A stretch of DNA of 64,000 nt, from the NCBI GenBank assembly GCA_004022145.1, contig RCNU01000006.1; one strand, 5' to 3'. The position numbers were made by a program, and so were the translations under genes. Of the stretch, positions 38,118-53,497 are shown in pieces; position 1 is the first letter of the stretch, and every line of letters begins with the position of its first letter. The notes below the pieces were generated by a model that was not told the origin of the DNA, searched no databases, and saw only the letters and a list, made by a program, of their open reading frames with translations. The stretch comes from Paecilomyces variotii. Taxonomy: Eukaryota.

Positions 38118-38882
38118 CCATACGTCTACTAATCTCTTATTCACATAAATTTCTGTTCGGCAACTGTATTCCGAACCCCAGTATTCATATCTGATTTTGT
38201 GCACCTCTTTGTTAGCAGGAGGACTGGCCCCTCTTGACAGGCATATGTTCATCTTCTCCGCATATATGGCTGGTTTTGGCGTCCGGTTTCTTCATAAGCA
38301 GTTGATTATCTGTTATGGCCATAGTCCTCTTTAACTCCGCAACAAATAGTCAAGAGGTGGTTGGTGTCTTTCATGGATGTCACATATTCAATACCAAACT
38401 GAGCAGGTAAGCTCGGATTCAAATACAAGAATCAAATGCCGTACTACCATTCTCTCGGGCAGAATTTAGCCTATTTTCCGAACCACATTTTGCTTGTGTA
38501 CTCTATGGCGACCAAAATGTCGGCAACTGTAACTAGAGAGAGCACTGCTACGGAGATAAAGCCTCAAGATCATTCCCCGCTCTAGAGTGGGCCGCCATTT
38601 CCCCTCACCCTCATTTTTATTAATACAAGTTGCGATAGAAAGCCACGTACGAAAGATCCCACTGCTTTCCAAGAGGACCTTCAGAAAAGCGGGCATTTAC
38701 CTGGAGCCACAGCTGTACAGTACTAACTCTTGTTGATATACATTCTTTTCACCTGTTATAACCTCATTTAACTCCCCTCCCCTCCCCACTGAGCCTGGGC
38801 CAAGAATTGCATACAGCTGTATCATTCCTATCTGCCGAATACCTCCCCTTTCTCGAAGATCTGTTTCTCGTAATTAATAACA

Positions 38883-40385
38883 ATGGCTCCGTACAATGCG
38901 CGCTGGGGTATTATGGGTATGTTTGAGAAACCACATCGATGAATTGACACCGCTGTAGCATTTTCCGAGCATTGATCTACGTCCCATTCTATATCTATGT
39001 GATACACAAGACCAGCGATGCTAACAGGAATAACTCCACTACAGCTACCGGCTGGATCGCCGAAGGTGCGTCTTAATCTTCTTCAGAAACAAACCAGCGC
39101 GAAACAGTTCTGTCCATCCATCTTGCTAACAAGACTCCACGAATCCAGTCTTCACCAAAGACCTTCTAATCGACTCTTCTCTCCGCGACGCCTCTGATAT
39201 CAAACACACCGTAACAGCCGTCGCGTCTTCATCTTCCAAATCCCGCGCCGAGAATTTCATTGCCGATCTCAACATCCCTTCCCCTGTCGCTGCATACGGC
39301 TCATACGAAGAGCTCGTCTCCGACCCCAATGTCGATATCGTCTATGTCGCCACGCCTCACTCGCACCATTTCCAAAATACCATGCTAGCCCTTAACGCCG
39401 GAAAGCACGTCCTATGCGAGAAGGCGTTCACGGTGAATGCGGCGCAGGCGAAGATCCTCGTCGAGACGGCGAAGCAAAAGGGACTGTTTTTGATGGAGGC
39501 TGTGTGGACGAGGTTCTTCCCGTTGAGTGTGCAGATTAGGGAGATTATCAAGAACGGGGGGGTCGGAGAGGTTTTGAGAGTCGTTGCGGATAATAGTTTC
39601 GGGGATGATGTTGAGAGTAAATGGGGGACGAAGCATCGGATGGTCAATATGGATTTGGCTGGTGGTGCGCTTTTGGATCGTAAGTTTGAATGACCACTCA
39701 CTCACTCACTCACTTTAATGGGTTCTTTCTATGGGGAGATGATATGCTTCTATCTACAGGCACGTTTCGCTAACTGCGTGATTTGAATCTGATAATAGTG
39801 GGAATATACTCCCTCACCTGGGTCTTTCAAACCCTATACCACACACTTCCACGCGAGCAGCGCAAACCACCCTCCAAAATCTCTGCGCACTTGACTCCCT
39901 ACCATCTCACCGGTGCCGATGAAGCGACTACCATCCTGCTCTCTTTCCCAACTACTACTCCCTCCAACAGCCCTACGCCAGGCCAATCCCAAGCCGTGGC
40001 CATGACGCATCTCCGCATCGCCTCTGATCCAGATGAGAAGAACTCCGCACGTCCTGCGATCCGAATCCAGGGCACGAAGGGAGAGATTCAAGTCGACGGA
40101 CCAGCTTTCCGTCCTCAGCGATATAGGGTTATTTCCAAGAAGCCCGAGAACGGTGAAGCTCCGCCGGTGAAGGAGGTCGAGTGTCCCTTTCCTGGAAATG
40201 GAAAGGGGATGTATTGGGAAGCAGACGAGGTGGCTCGGTGCGTGAGGGATAAGAAGTTGGAGAGCGAGGGTATGCCGTGGGAGGAGAGTATTGCTATTAT
40301 GGAGGTTATGGATGAGGTTCGTAAGCAGGGTGGAATGACTTATCCGGAGAAGATCGAGTCGACGGTCTATCCTACGCCGCTGTAG
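38883..40385 (+). CDS. Gfo/Idh/MocA oxidoreductase (dimeric dihydrodiol dehydrogenase / NADP-dependent D-xylose dehydrogenase family; multi-exon)
   Basis: 'RWGIM|ATGWIA', 'VYVATPHSHH', 'GKHVLCEKAFT', 'FLMEAVWTRFFP', 'AGGALLD'. Confidence 0.9.
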
Positions 40386-41149
40386 AGTGGGGTTGTGTTT
40401 ACGATTTTTTTTTTTTTTTTTCGTGGTCGGTTTTGAGACTATGGTAGTTACTACTGACTTGTAAATGAAATGACGATGTTGATAGAAAATGGGATATAAC
40501 CAAGTATTAAATTATGGGGGTTTTATGCGAGAATAAAGTTGATCATCTGATAGGGATGCCGATAGTGAGAACCAAGTACGGGTGAAAGATAGCATCTTCA
40601 TAGATCAATGTAGGAAATTCCGTTTATGAAGGCACTATGAGCTGATATCTTAATAACTAGTTAACTAGCAGATCTATAATAGACCATACTGCCCTTCAGG
40701 CGACTTGAAGAAGCTGATCCCAAGGTATCGACGTGCTGAGGACCTCGGATCCCGGGATCTAACAACACATGGTGTAGAGCTCTCGATATCCTACAACACG
40801 GATTTCTACGTCTTTCTACGTCACTCATGGGTTAAATAACACTGGAACTAATTCTTGAAGTAGATCTCATTCTGAGATGACTGTTGACATCCGATTGAAT
40901 GCGACAAAGTACATACTATACAGGAGCACCCGTGACCTGGTCCTCGCAACGGTCTATGTACGAGTACGGCTCACCTTACGACCTGCAAGGGACGAGGACT
41001 GGCAAACAGGACTTTTCCGCATGACACAATCGTGAACTCATTTAGGCCAAAATCTCCAGGCCGCCCCGACGGAGAAAGGAGATAAGGGCTGTCTCTCATC
41101 CCGACGCAAAGTCCCGATTTACGGGGCAGAAACCAAGGCAAAAGGTCGT

Positions 41150-42175
<1,026 letters not shown>

Positions 42176-44028
42176 TTCGAACTATGAGAGAAAAAAAGCC
42201 AGAGGACCTGACCAAGGTCGTGCTGCACTCCAGAAGCAAGGAAGGATTGGAGGGGAGAGGCGTGGGAGTTCGAAAGGTTGGAGCAGTTGGGGAAGGGAGG
42301 ATTTTGCCAGGTTGGAGAAAGCGAGCAGAATCCGGGCGGAGAGAGAACGGGCTGGAGCTCCCGCGTGTCCGAGGCGCTTTCGCTCTGGGGAGACACCGCA
42401 GACCCGCCGCTGGTCCGACACTCGGCCTTGCTGCTTCTGGTCGGCGGAGAGGAGATTGTACTACTATACTATACTATTATTGCAGTAGTAGTTAGTTGGT
42501 TCTTGTCCTTGTTTGTATATTAGTTATTGTATCTATCTTATGACGAAGGGCTTGTGTGGCATACCCGAGGATCATCTCTTGAACAAGTGAGTGTGCCCTG
42601 CTTTCTCACAGCTCCCGTTTCCGGTTGATGCTCCATCAACACCGTCACCACGTTAATTATCCAACGTCAAGTCAGTTAGTTAATAATAATAATCAATTAC
42701 ATATCGTCCCAGACGGCCATCCATTAGCTTCCAGACTATCTCCGATACGCTGATAGTATTTCCTATACTGGCCTTCTAACCAGGAACGATGCCCCTGTCG
42801 AACTCCGCAGGGCCAGCTAGCGTGCGAAGTATCTATCAGCCTTTCCACGCAGTCGGTTCGGTTGGGTGGCCATAGCTCCACCACCAAGAACCGCTTCATC
42901 CTGCCGTGACCAGCCGATTCAGTTGTCTAGGGCGTCGTATAAGAATATGCACATAGGGAGATGGAGGACATGAGGTTGTGGTTTTGGATAATCTGGGGTA
43001 ATCCATGCCTCATGTGTTCTTGGTTACGTGGTAGCAGCTTTTGCATCTTTTCTCGTGCCATTTCGGTTCTTAGTTCAGATATATAGAGAACATAATGAAA
43101 ATACCAAAGACTGCACCCCTCTTTCATGTATCGTCACCGGCACTCCCAACACTTTTCATCTACAGAGCGCGATACCTATATCCCATATCTTATCGTCTAT
43201 TCCCAGGAAAACTCAACAGAGTATCCGGAAAGTAGAGGACAGAAGGTAGTCGGCTCATTCAAAACAGTCCCTTTGCAGCGCAGCTATATCTCTTATAGAC
43301 TTCCTCAAGGCTCGACCGCAGCAAAGAAGCTTTAGCCTGAAATTACTGTGGACCCGAAAATATGTCGGTACTGATCAGCTCAGCATATAAATACTATACT
43401 TAAGTTCATGGTATAACTAGGATATCCGGGGATACCCGGTATGAGACATTGCGGAGAGCACGTTCAGGGCGCCTGGGGTAGACCAGAGCCTAGGGAGTGG
43501 CTATTCGACGCAAAGACCAAGACAAGAAAGGGATAAAGACACACACGAAATCATGAGAGAAGTATGCCTTCTTGTTCTTTCTTTCTTTCCCCCGTAGCCG
43601 CTTGTGCCTTGGGAAGTACTCAATCAGCCTTTGCTCATGGTTCGACAAGAAACCAACCTGACATCTGCACGTACTAGAAAAATAGAATTGAATGCACTGT
43701 AATACACCAGCCTCGATTGACATCAAGATGAGCTGATAAGCTAAGAGTATATTTAACTATTGAAGTTGTTGGTTGATTCTTGTGCTGTGCTCTATAACAT
43801 CACGTGACCCAGCTCGTCGTGGCTGGAGAGTGGCTTATCTAACCAGGCAGTGAGATCAACGCGGCAAGCAACCTGGAGAGCTCCAGCACGGCGACCTGAG
43901 CTTGCCATCATCATCCCAACGCCAAACGCTGCTCTCGACTTTCGCTCCGCACTTCGCACACCGTATACCCTTTACTGTCTCTCTTTCCCTCTCCTTCCCC
44001 CTCTGCACATCAGCCTGCGTCTTCCGCC

Positions 44029-45248
44029 ATGCCTGCCACGACGGCGGAGACTCTCTCCCTCGTGACACGCACCGTCTCCGTTGCTCCCCTTGTCCTGCTC
44101 TCTGTTGCAGACCACTACGGACGATCTGCCAAAGGCACGCGGAAGCGTGTGGTTGGTGTGCTTCTCGGTCAGAACGATGGCAGGAATGTTCGAGTATCAA
44201 ACAGTTTCGCAGGTAGCTTTATCCCCGCCCGCCTGCGCACCGACGGTCGCTGACTTCCTGGCGCTTAGTTCCCTTCGAGGAAGATGAGAAGGACCCCTCC
44301 GTGTGGTTCCTGGACCACAACTTTGTCGAATCCATGAACGACATGTTCAAGAAGATCAATGCTCGTGAAAAGTTGGTAGGATGGTATCATTCCGGACCTA
44401 AGCTACGGGCCTCCGACCTCGAGATCAACGAGCTATTCAAGCGCTATACTCCCAACCCGTTGCTCGTTATCATTGATGTACAACCGAAGGAAGTCGGTGT
44501 CCCGACGGATGCGTACTTTGCTGTCGATGAGATTAAGGATGTAGGTGATCTGTTGCCGCATGACCAGCCATCATGCAGCACCCAGGACGGACTGGGGTGC
44601 GAATATCGACAACGGTGCTAATATATTACGAAACAGGACGGTACTACCACTTCGAAAACATTTGTACATACGCCCTCGATCATCGAAGCAGAGGAGGCGG
44701 AGGAGATTGGTGTCGAGCACCTACTCCGAGACATCAGAGACGTTGCAGTGGGAACGCTGTCGACACGGATAACTTCCCAGTTGCAGTCATTGCAGGGTCT
44801 ACACCTGCGACTGCGCGATATCGGCCAGTACCTTCAGAAGGTCCTGGACCATGAACTACCTGTCAACCATGCAATCCTTGGAAACCTGCAGGATGTTTTC
44901 AACCTGCTACCGAACCTGTCGACACCCGCCGCTACACCAAAAATCAACGGCACGGAACAGCTATCTGCGGCAACGGAAAACAACGAGCTGGCTCGTGCGA
45001 TGAGTACCAAGACAAATGACCAGCTCATGGCTATCTACCTGAGTAGTTTGATCCGCGCCATCACTGCGTTCCACGACTTGATAGAGAACAAGATCCAGAA
45101 CCGACAACAGCAGGAGGAGAATGACTCCAAGAAGGAACAGGAGAATAACGCGAAGAACGAGAAGGAAGCCAAGAAGGCTGGTGGGACGGCCAACGGTGAC
45201 CAGAAGGAAGACCAGGATGGTAACAAAGAGAAGAGCAAGAAGGGTTAA
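44029..45248 (+). CDS. RPN8: 26S proteasome lid subunit Rpn8 (two introns)
   Basis: '[13 protein letters not shown]', 'RVVGVLLG', '[10 protein letters not shown]', '[17 protein letters not shown]'. Confidence 0.98.
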
Positions 45249-45895
45249 AGAGACCCGGTATGCTACTTGGGTGGTATGGAGAATATCGATTGGATTGCAT
45301 AAAAAGCGTCTGGAGCAAGCTAGTGTATGCCTGAAACGTATAATACGATTGACCCGAGAATAAGGTCAGCCCCTTTTCCACTGGCTATGACGATCGAGAT
45401 TTGCGGTTTTCTGTATTTGATACAGCAAGACCATAGATATCATGACATTAGGAACCACCGCGAGGTGCATTTCGTTACCTCCTAAGTGAGATGAACACGA
45501 GGCCGTGATAAATGTTTACTACCGCCCCATATCATGATCCTCTCCATCCTGAGCTGAATTCTGAGAGATCGATCCTATCTGAAAAGATATCACCCGAGGT
45601 TATTGACCTGCGAGCTATTCAGACGCGGCGCAGTAACACTTATCTCTCGGATGTATGTAAGCTTTCCTGTGAAGCCTTCCAAGGCTTCATATGTAGGCGC
45701 AAATGTTGTCTTCGAACGATATATGCACTTCGTAGTCGCGTTGCGTTGACATGTCCCTTAGAAGACACAATATTCTCTCAATAGAAGACCACAACCCTCC
45801 CCAGATCATATATGTACCAACGCGACGGGAGCTGTCTTTGACGATAAATTCGAGACCATTAATGTGCTCTGCAATGCCCCGGACGAATCCGTTTC

Positions 45896-46759
45896 TCATC
45901 CACCCCAGCCTGCAGCCCAACCAGCCATCTCGGTTTGGCTCACATCGATTCTCTCCTGCAACCCATTTCCAAAGAGCCCCGCACACCTCGTCGCCAGAAT
46001 GCAAGCAAGTAGATGCTTACACATAGGAGGTGCCGAGTTCCCCCACATCGTTCGCGTCAATGTTCCTCCCAACCAGTGATCCCCATGGTAGTCATTCATT
46101 TCCTCATCTTCGTCCTCACGAACACCAACATCTTCCTCTACTGCGTTTCCCAAATTCCTGAACGCACTCAGCACAAAACCAGGACAAGTACAGTTCCAAG
46201 CTCGTAGACGAACTTCGTAGTACTTCTCTGGAACTCTCCGCGATGACTGCGACGTTGTAGATGAAGTGGAAAGGACGAGAAACATCTCATCTCTCACTGA
46301 AGTCTGCTGTTCAGGTAGTGAATCGACTTCTTCTTCTTCTTCTTGAGAATCTGGAATCTCTTCCCTGTCATCACCCGATCCTGACGTATTCGTATATTCT
46401 GCTGCATTTACATTTCCATCTTCGGTCTGCTTGCTACTAACAAACCGCCTCACGAGCTTTCGATCCAAGATATCCAGAGCGAGAAGCAACTCGTTCGGAA
46501 ACAGACAGTGGAGCGTCAACATGAGCGATTTCACTTTCGATAATTGAGAGCCTTGTAGAGAATGAAATGGATTTTGATTTTGAATATCGCCTTGTTGAGT
46601 ACTCATACTTTGAGAAGGCCATGCAGTAGTAGTAGTAGTAGGTGGTCCGGTAGTGTTGTTGTTCTGCGGTTCGATTGTAGATAGCTCTGCTATGAGCCGT
46701 TCGATGATTTGTGATATCGATGGGATATCGTCAGACTGCGATCGAGTGGGTGGTTCCAT
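45896..46759 (-). CDS. SWIM zinc-finger protein (Sws1/ZSWIM7-like)
   Basis: 'LHCLFPNELLLALDILDR', SWIM motif 'AWNCTCPGF...MCKHLLAC'. Confidence 0.8.
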   Translation of the reverse strand: MEPPTRSQSDDIPSISQIIERLIAELSTIEPQNNNTTGPPTTTTTAWPSQSMSTQQGDIQNQNPFHSLQGSQLSKVKSLMLTLHCLFPNELLLALDILDRKLVRRFVSSKQTEDGNVNAAEYTNTSGSGDDREEIPDSQEEEEEVDSLPEQQTSVRDEMFLVLSTSSTTSQSSRRVPEKYYEVRLRAWNCTCPGFVLSAFRNLGNAVEEDVGVREDEDEEMNDYHGDHWLGGTLTRTMWGNSAPPMCKHLLACILATRCAGLFGNGLQERIDVSQTEMAGWAAGWGG

Positions 46760-48264
46760 TTTGAAAACTGGAGTTTCACCGGGAATTATGCATGAAGATG
46801 TAGCACTCGTATGCCATGTAGAGGACAGGACACTGGATGTGTGCGGGTTACAATCATCGCAGTTTAATAATTTGGGCGTTCCCTTCCCTCCTCACAGCAT
46901 TCCTTTCAGATCTTGCATAGAGCTTCCAAGTGAACATATTCGTTAGAAAAATGCATGATCAAAAAGGAATATACAAGTGCCTCAGAAAATCAACGTCTGT
47001 ATAGCATGTATAGCATTGTACATATGCACCAGTTTCTGGCGTCCAAGCACTTCAGCCCCTCCCTCACCAGAGGAGAGTTGGTCAATCAATCAACTAACTA
47101 GAGACACATAAGTTCTATGTCTCTCCAGTTGAGCATAACGGGTTATCGTGCCTAAGCGCAGAATTTGTCGTCTCTTGCGTCGCTTTTGGGAGGTCGGGAG
47201 GTCAATCGGAGACTGTGTGTAAGTAAGTATTTTGCCCCACATACTTAATGTACTCTCCCCGATAGGTCGCTGTTTATGTACTGTATGGGCATATCACGAC
47301 GTTGATTCTTCGCGTTATTACGTAGATTCGTTAAGGAGGAGAGTTGGAAATCATTTTACCTGGGTTTAGCTGAGGGGAAATTATTTTCATTCTATCTTTT
47401 GAGGGTGGTCGTGATGGGAAGAAGTTCAGATGATATGCGGATTTTTAGACTACAACGCTGCGCGCGAGTTTATCCTTCATGATAATAAAAATATGGTCAT
47501 TGAATTTCTGCTGGCTTTCCAGAATGACATTTTTGGTTTTTATGATTGTAATGATTGAGGTGATACAATATCTGCGTAATTGGTCCACTAGAGACATTAA
47601 TTCGACTATCTTGTCTCACTGTCTAGCGTTACTGCTTACCTGGATGAAATAACTTGACAAGCAGATAATGGCGGTTGCTAGGTAGATTATAGGGATACAT
47701 AGCGATTCTAAGATTAGGATGCTGCTAGGAGCTGAACAAGTCTGTGATCTACGGCTTCCTCTATTCTGCCACTTATACTACAATCTCAAAAAGCATTCCT
47801 CCTTTCTTAATCTGCACTGTTGTGTCACTTTCAGTATAAAATCTATGTACATACCTTTCCTGCTTGATCGCAAAAGCGTCAAGCGTCCCTGAAAACTTGA
47901 TACTTCTGAATTATTACCGATAGACACTGGCTTTTCTCCATAAATATGCTCGATACTCTTTATTCTCATACTCCAGGAACCCCAGGAGACAAAAACAGAT
48001 ACCGATATCGACTGCCTTCGTTCCCAAATCAGCAGATGAATCAATCATCACAGAGAAGAAGAAAAAAAAGCTCTAGGGTTTTCTAATATTATTCTTTCCA
48101 CCTGAATTACTTGCATAGAGCTTAGGTAGACTGTCATATCTCTCTAAAGCATCATAATAATCCTCCCTGGCCACTATTTCCATCGTATCCAATTCCTAAA
48201 TCTCGCACCAGCTACGGAAGTAAGCTGCTTAAAGACTTACCACGAAGAGATCACAACAAGTCAC

Positions 48265-48328
48265 AGACTAGAGAAGCCATAGACTAGAGAAGCCATAGAC
48301 TAGAGAAGCCATAGACTAGAGAAGCCAT
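48265..48328. repeat. Minisatellite: 4 perfect copies of AGACTAGAGAAGCCAT (16 bp)
   Basis: Units start at 48265, 48281, 48297 and 48313. Confidence 0.98.
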
Positions 48329-51300
48329 ACGCCCCTTACCCATCTCTCTGATTGCCATACACTCTACCCCCTAATCATCACCAAGGACTAATATAACTCG
48401 CACTCGAGACATCGTTGACCTCGAGCACACTTGCTCACTCCTACTTCCTGCTGCTGCTTTTGCTGCTGCCTTGACAGCTACCCGTCCCTGACATCCTAGC
48501 CACTACCCACTTACTACCCGATTATGACTCACGGGAAAGTTCCGTCGGACTAGACTCTCGGATCGTATACGGATAGTATAGTAATAATATACCGTTTACT
48601 TATCGTATCTCGCAGTCTGGAGGTCAATACAAAAGGCGTGTTCATTACCTACTACGATCTTATGCTGATAATATATCTGAATATCATGGCCAGTGTAGAG
48701 ATGCATCAATAATTCAGCATATAACTGCTAACTAGTCAACTATCTGGACTGACAGATGATTCAGCATGAGTAGTTACTCTTTTAATTTAGTGATTAATCA
48801 AATAACCCTGAAGTTTTGATTTCCCTTCACGCAATTTCAAGTTTCAGGGTCCCTTCCCGTGCGACTTAACTTTCCCTTTACCATACTTACCGCCGATACG
48901 AGCCATCTTTTGTGACATGTAGATTGAACAAGGATGGACCTGGAATGCAGAACATACCGGCGCGAGCAGTAGCTAATTAGTCTTAACTACGACTTTACTA
49001 GGAGAGATTCTAGAAAAAACGAAAAGCTCACCGCAAAGGTGCCGTGCTAGTCTGCTCTGGCGGCGACATGAGTCTATGCGGAGATTTTTTCGACGGCAAA
49101 TTAATGAAGCTTCATTTCGCCATCCTATGAAACAGCTATATTCTATCGGTAAGATTGACCACCCCGGAAATTTAGTCCAGGGAGAGTCTAAGGTATGTAT
49201 GACCTTTTTTTTGCCATTATTTTACCTACTTTTATTCTACACTAGAGGAAGGGCCAAGGCGAGACCCTGGAACGGGACGTTTCAGGATCCACGATGTTTG
49301 TTTTAGGGTCCGACTGTGGAACAGGTTGCCATCCTTCATATCCAGGAGCCACACCTTCTCCCCTCACGAGAGCGGGAGCAGAGCAAATCAGAGCTTCATC
49401 CGGGCCAGCCAGAGAGCCCGAGCGCAGATTGTGTGGTTTCTTGACGGTGGCTGCCACCATCCTTGTCGGGAAGGCGATGTGTTACGCCTCCAGCCTATCT
49501 ATCATCATCATCGTCGTCGAGATGTCTTGGGGAAGTGACTTGCCAACGCCGGATGACTTATCGCAAGCAGGTCAATGTCGAAAAGGGCATCCGCCGATGG
49601 ATCATATTGACATCAATGCGTCGCAAGCCGTATATCTAGGCTGGTGCCTTCCCGGAGATATATACCCTACTGTTTAGTTTACGTCGCCAAGCTGAGAGAT
49701 ATGAAATCTGATGATCAATACTCCTGCAGTCCAGATAAGAGACCGCCATCCGGAGGGCATTGGCTATGGAGAGGAAGAAATGAAGAGCTCGACGATACTC
49801 GTCACAGACCACGTTGGCAGGTCGATTTCCCAAAGCATTGGCTAGGTGTGTGCCTGCATGATGATCAGGCCATGCTGAGACTCCAGACCATTGAGAATGG
49901 CCTAAGATGCATTTCACTGGTTCAGTCCGGGTACGGAGCGAGGCTGCTGATCAGAGTCTGAAACAACAGAAACTGCATGTTTACCTCATCCTGTGTCGCC
50001 CGAAACGGCACAAGGCTGCTTCATTCTTCTGCCGTGGCACCATTCCAAGGACACTTTCGACACGGCCGCGTAAAGACCTGTCCATTACTCCAATCAATCG
50101 TGGAGGATATCCTACATGTCTCCAGCTCCAAGTCGACTCCCCGCAACATTGTAGGGTGAACGATGGCGAGTACAATGCCGAAGTATCTCACTGAGCTGTC
50201 ATCGCATGTTGTTCTGGTTGGCATGGATCACACCAAGTAGTAGCGCTTAGAAGAGCAAAGACAACAGTCCCAAGCTTACTCGGGAGTTGCCGCATGCCAT
50301 CCGGACGCCGTTGGACAAGCCTATAGCCCTCAGCACGGAGACAGCGCAGAATACTTGCATACCCGCGGACAACAGCAGGCAACGTCCCCAAGCACTGCTC
50401 CCCCTCCCCCTCCTGCGAGTGCTAGATGTAGAGACCCAGCTTATTTCTTCTTAGACAACCAGGGACACCGCGGTGCCACACTGCTTCCGCGAAGTTTCGA
50501 CTTCATATAAAGTAGATATGATGAGAGCTTACCACTTGGACGGACGATCGCGTCGATCAATCATTCATTGTAGACTTAAGAACTTCTTCCAATCATCTTT
50601 TCCATCAGCTTCCTCTACAAAGATCTTGAAATAAATAAATAAATAAAACACAAAATCGGAGAACTGGACTGGCCGTCGCGTCTACCATATGTCGCGTTGC
50701 GTAGATCCCGTGACTTTCCTTTTGTAGATGTACTTACTGTACGTATCGGCAGCAACAACATCAAGTACCGTAACTAGTCTGATCGACTTTTCGACGGCGA
50801 AGCTCCCTGGACGAACGAACCGGCCAGACTGCTGTCGCCTCTTGCTTGCCGGAAAGACGCACGACAGAACTAACTCAACTCATGGGCAGTGGGTGATTCC
50901 GTGAACAATCTGCTCTCGCTCCCCGGCTGCTGTGATAGGATAGAGACAGCTGCCCACCGCTTGTCCAGAGCTCCGTGTGGTTCTGTGCGTTATGCTTCAT
51001 TTCCTTTAGCTTCGAGCCATCGGCAGTCGAGGGTTCTGGCGGTGACCTCACCGCCTTGCCGCACCACGACGACCGTTTCTCCTTTCACTTCAAGACGTTC
51101 CCACTACTTCAGACCTCTGCAGCTGGACCCCGAGTCACCACCGCCCAATGATACTGGCATACATCACTGCATACAAGCAGGAAGAGATCCGTGGATGCCC
51201 TAACGATTACTGCGTTGAAAAAGGAATGAAAAAGAAAGGACGACGAGATGACTCGACAGCGGCAAATGCTGGAAATGCTGGCCCGGCCAAATAATAATGT

Positions 51301-53469
51301 TGACCTTGCGCTGCACGGTGTGGGAAGAATAATATTAAATCATCTGCCAGTCGCCTCCCGTTCCTAGACCCAGCGAGCAGGAAAATGTCCGATGGCTGGG
51401 CTGAATAGCGAGCGGACTGGTTCGAGGCGCGAAATGACAGCGGGCTAGCGGGACCATCTAGCGACAGATCATGGTTCTTCTTCACGTCTGACTTCCGAGA
51501 GTAGCGCTGCAGTCCCCACCGGTTAGCTCTCGACAGCGCTTTTCACCCTTGGACGTTCGTGACGGTTGCTCTCGTCTGAACCGTGTCTCCCGGTATCTCC
51601 ACCCGGGGCGGATTTGGTTCCCAACGTCTCGACGTCAAAAAACCCACCGGCTCACATTGTCCCCTTGCGCTGACGGCGAACCGTCAAGCGACGCCAGCCA
51701 GGCCAAGCCACCACGAGCTCCACCAGAAATCCTAGCTAATCTTGTCCTGAACGGCCTTCCCTGTCAAACTGCGCTGCACTAAGCGGAGAAGAGTCGTTGG
51801 AGAGTCAGGAATTGTTCCGAGCAGAACATCAAAAGTAAGTAGCGTTGTGCCCGTCGTTTTTTGCAGGAAGGATAAGCATTATTGGGGTGGTGTTGGGAAC
51901 AGTCCTTCGTTTCTCGAATTCTTGCTAGCCGATCTCCCAAAGTGGCGCTTGTCAGAAGAGAGGTATGCGCATGGGGACACCAGAGATGATCCATGCTCAC
52001 ACAGACCGCTGCTGGACCGCCTTATGGAGAGAGGCCGTACCTGTCCAGAACTCGGTAGAGTACATAATACGTGGGATCCAAACGGTATAATAAAAAAAGT
52101 CGAAGGCAAAACGAAGAGCATGTAAACGCATCCACGGTGACAGGTCACTAATTTCCGAGACGCCCAAGGCTCGTAAACCACAACAAACGAGCGAGAAGTT
52201 ATCCGAGCACCACGGTTTCAAGTCCAGAGATCAGTGGGCATGGGTCGCTCCTGACCCATGTTTCGAGATCGCAATCTGGCCAGCGGGAAGCCTGGGAACT
52301 AGTATCACAGCCACCGCACAACCATCATATTACTATTACTTACGGTGACAGGACGAACCTGACCAAGTATCAATAAGCGAACACGTTAACTACGACGACC
52401 ATGCGCACGCAACTCAATCGGCTCCAGAACGCCGCTGAGGTCAATTTTCCGACGCGCAGCAAGTGGGCAAAACGCCAGAAGCACGTCGGGCCAACTGTCG
52501 TTCCCGCTGGTCTGGCCCTGGAGGTGGAATCACTCTGAAGATTGGGCCTTGGATGTTCGTTCGTTCGGTCTGTCATGCGGGGAGTGCGCAAAAGAGAACA
52601 GGATTGAAGCGGCAGGGTCGCTTTACGCGGTAGCAAGGTCGAAATGTACCCAATGGCGTGTATATCGCCAGTGCCATCGAGCGAGTTTGCCTCGCGCAAC
52701 AATAAGAGAAAGCTGCGATGCGATGCGATGCGAGATGCCAGACACCGGTTGCTGGACGAGCCTCTTTTTCTCTGGATGACAGCACATCGTCCACGCACGA
52801 CATGTCGAAGATCGGACTCGACTCCCCGGGCTAATCCGCGGAACGAGAGGACTGGTGTGGCTTTTCTCAAATTAGAACGACGGTTAAGTTAATCCACACT
52901 GAGAGCGGCGAAAGATGAGCGCCTCATTGCCAAACGGTCGCGTGGAGCCCTGCAAGATTCTAATATGGCCTCCGAACCTAAAGCCTTCTCCCGCCTTGCC
53001 GTGCGGACGGTGCCAATTTCAACAGAATCCGGACCTGAGACGAACGCATGACCCCAGATCCTAGCGGCTCCTGTCGATTTGATGCCTATCCTGATTGCCG
53101 TTGAACCGTCCCAACCTGGACCTTCTGGATCGCTTCCAAAATATGATCCAGCGAACCGTGTTGTCGAAAACACGGGAAAGGCTTTTTCGTTTCCCCCGAA
53201 AAAAGCCAGAATGGCCCAGAACGGTGATTCAACGGCGGATGGTGGTTCCTGGATTTCTGTTGTAGCCATGATGATCCCTCTTCTGTTTCGTATGCTGGAG
53301 CTTTACCACGGCCGGGCTAGACTTTCGAACTTGCGAGATGTAATTACTGCGGGCAAACAATTCTGGGATCCATTCCGCTGCTCTGGCCCTAGACCCGTCG
53401 TAGCTCTGTTTTTTGCACTCTGTGCGACTCTTATACCACTTCGCACCGGTGGGTTGGCGCCGTTTCTTG

Positions 53470-53497
53470 CCCCCCCCCCCCCCCCCCCCCCCCCCCC
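53470..53497. repeat. Poly-C28 tract
   Basis: Uninterrupted run of 28 C upstream of the Myb gene. Confidence 0.95.

Noticed and set aside
42693-43127. Two short collinear minus-strand ORFs between ADK1 and RPN8
   Set aside because: No recognisable domain and separated by a stop; cannot support a gene or pseudogene call
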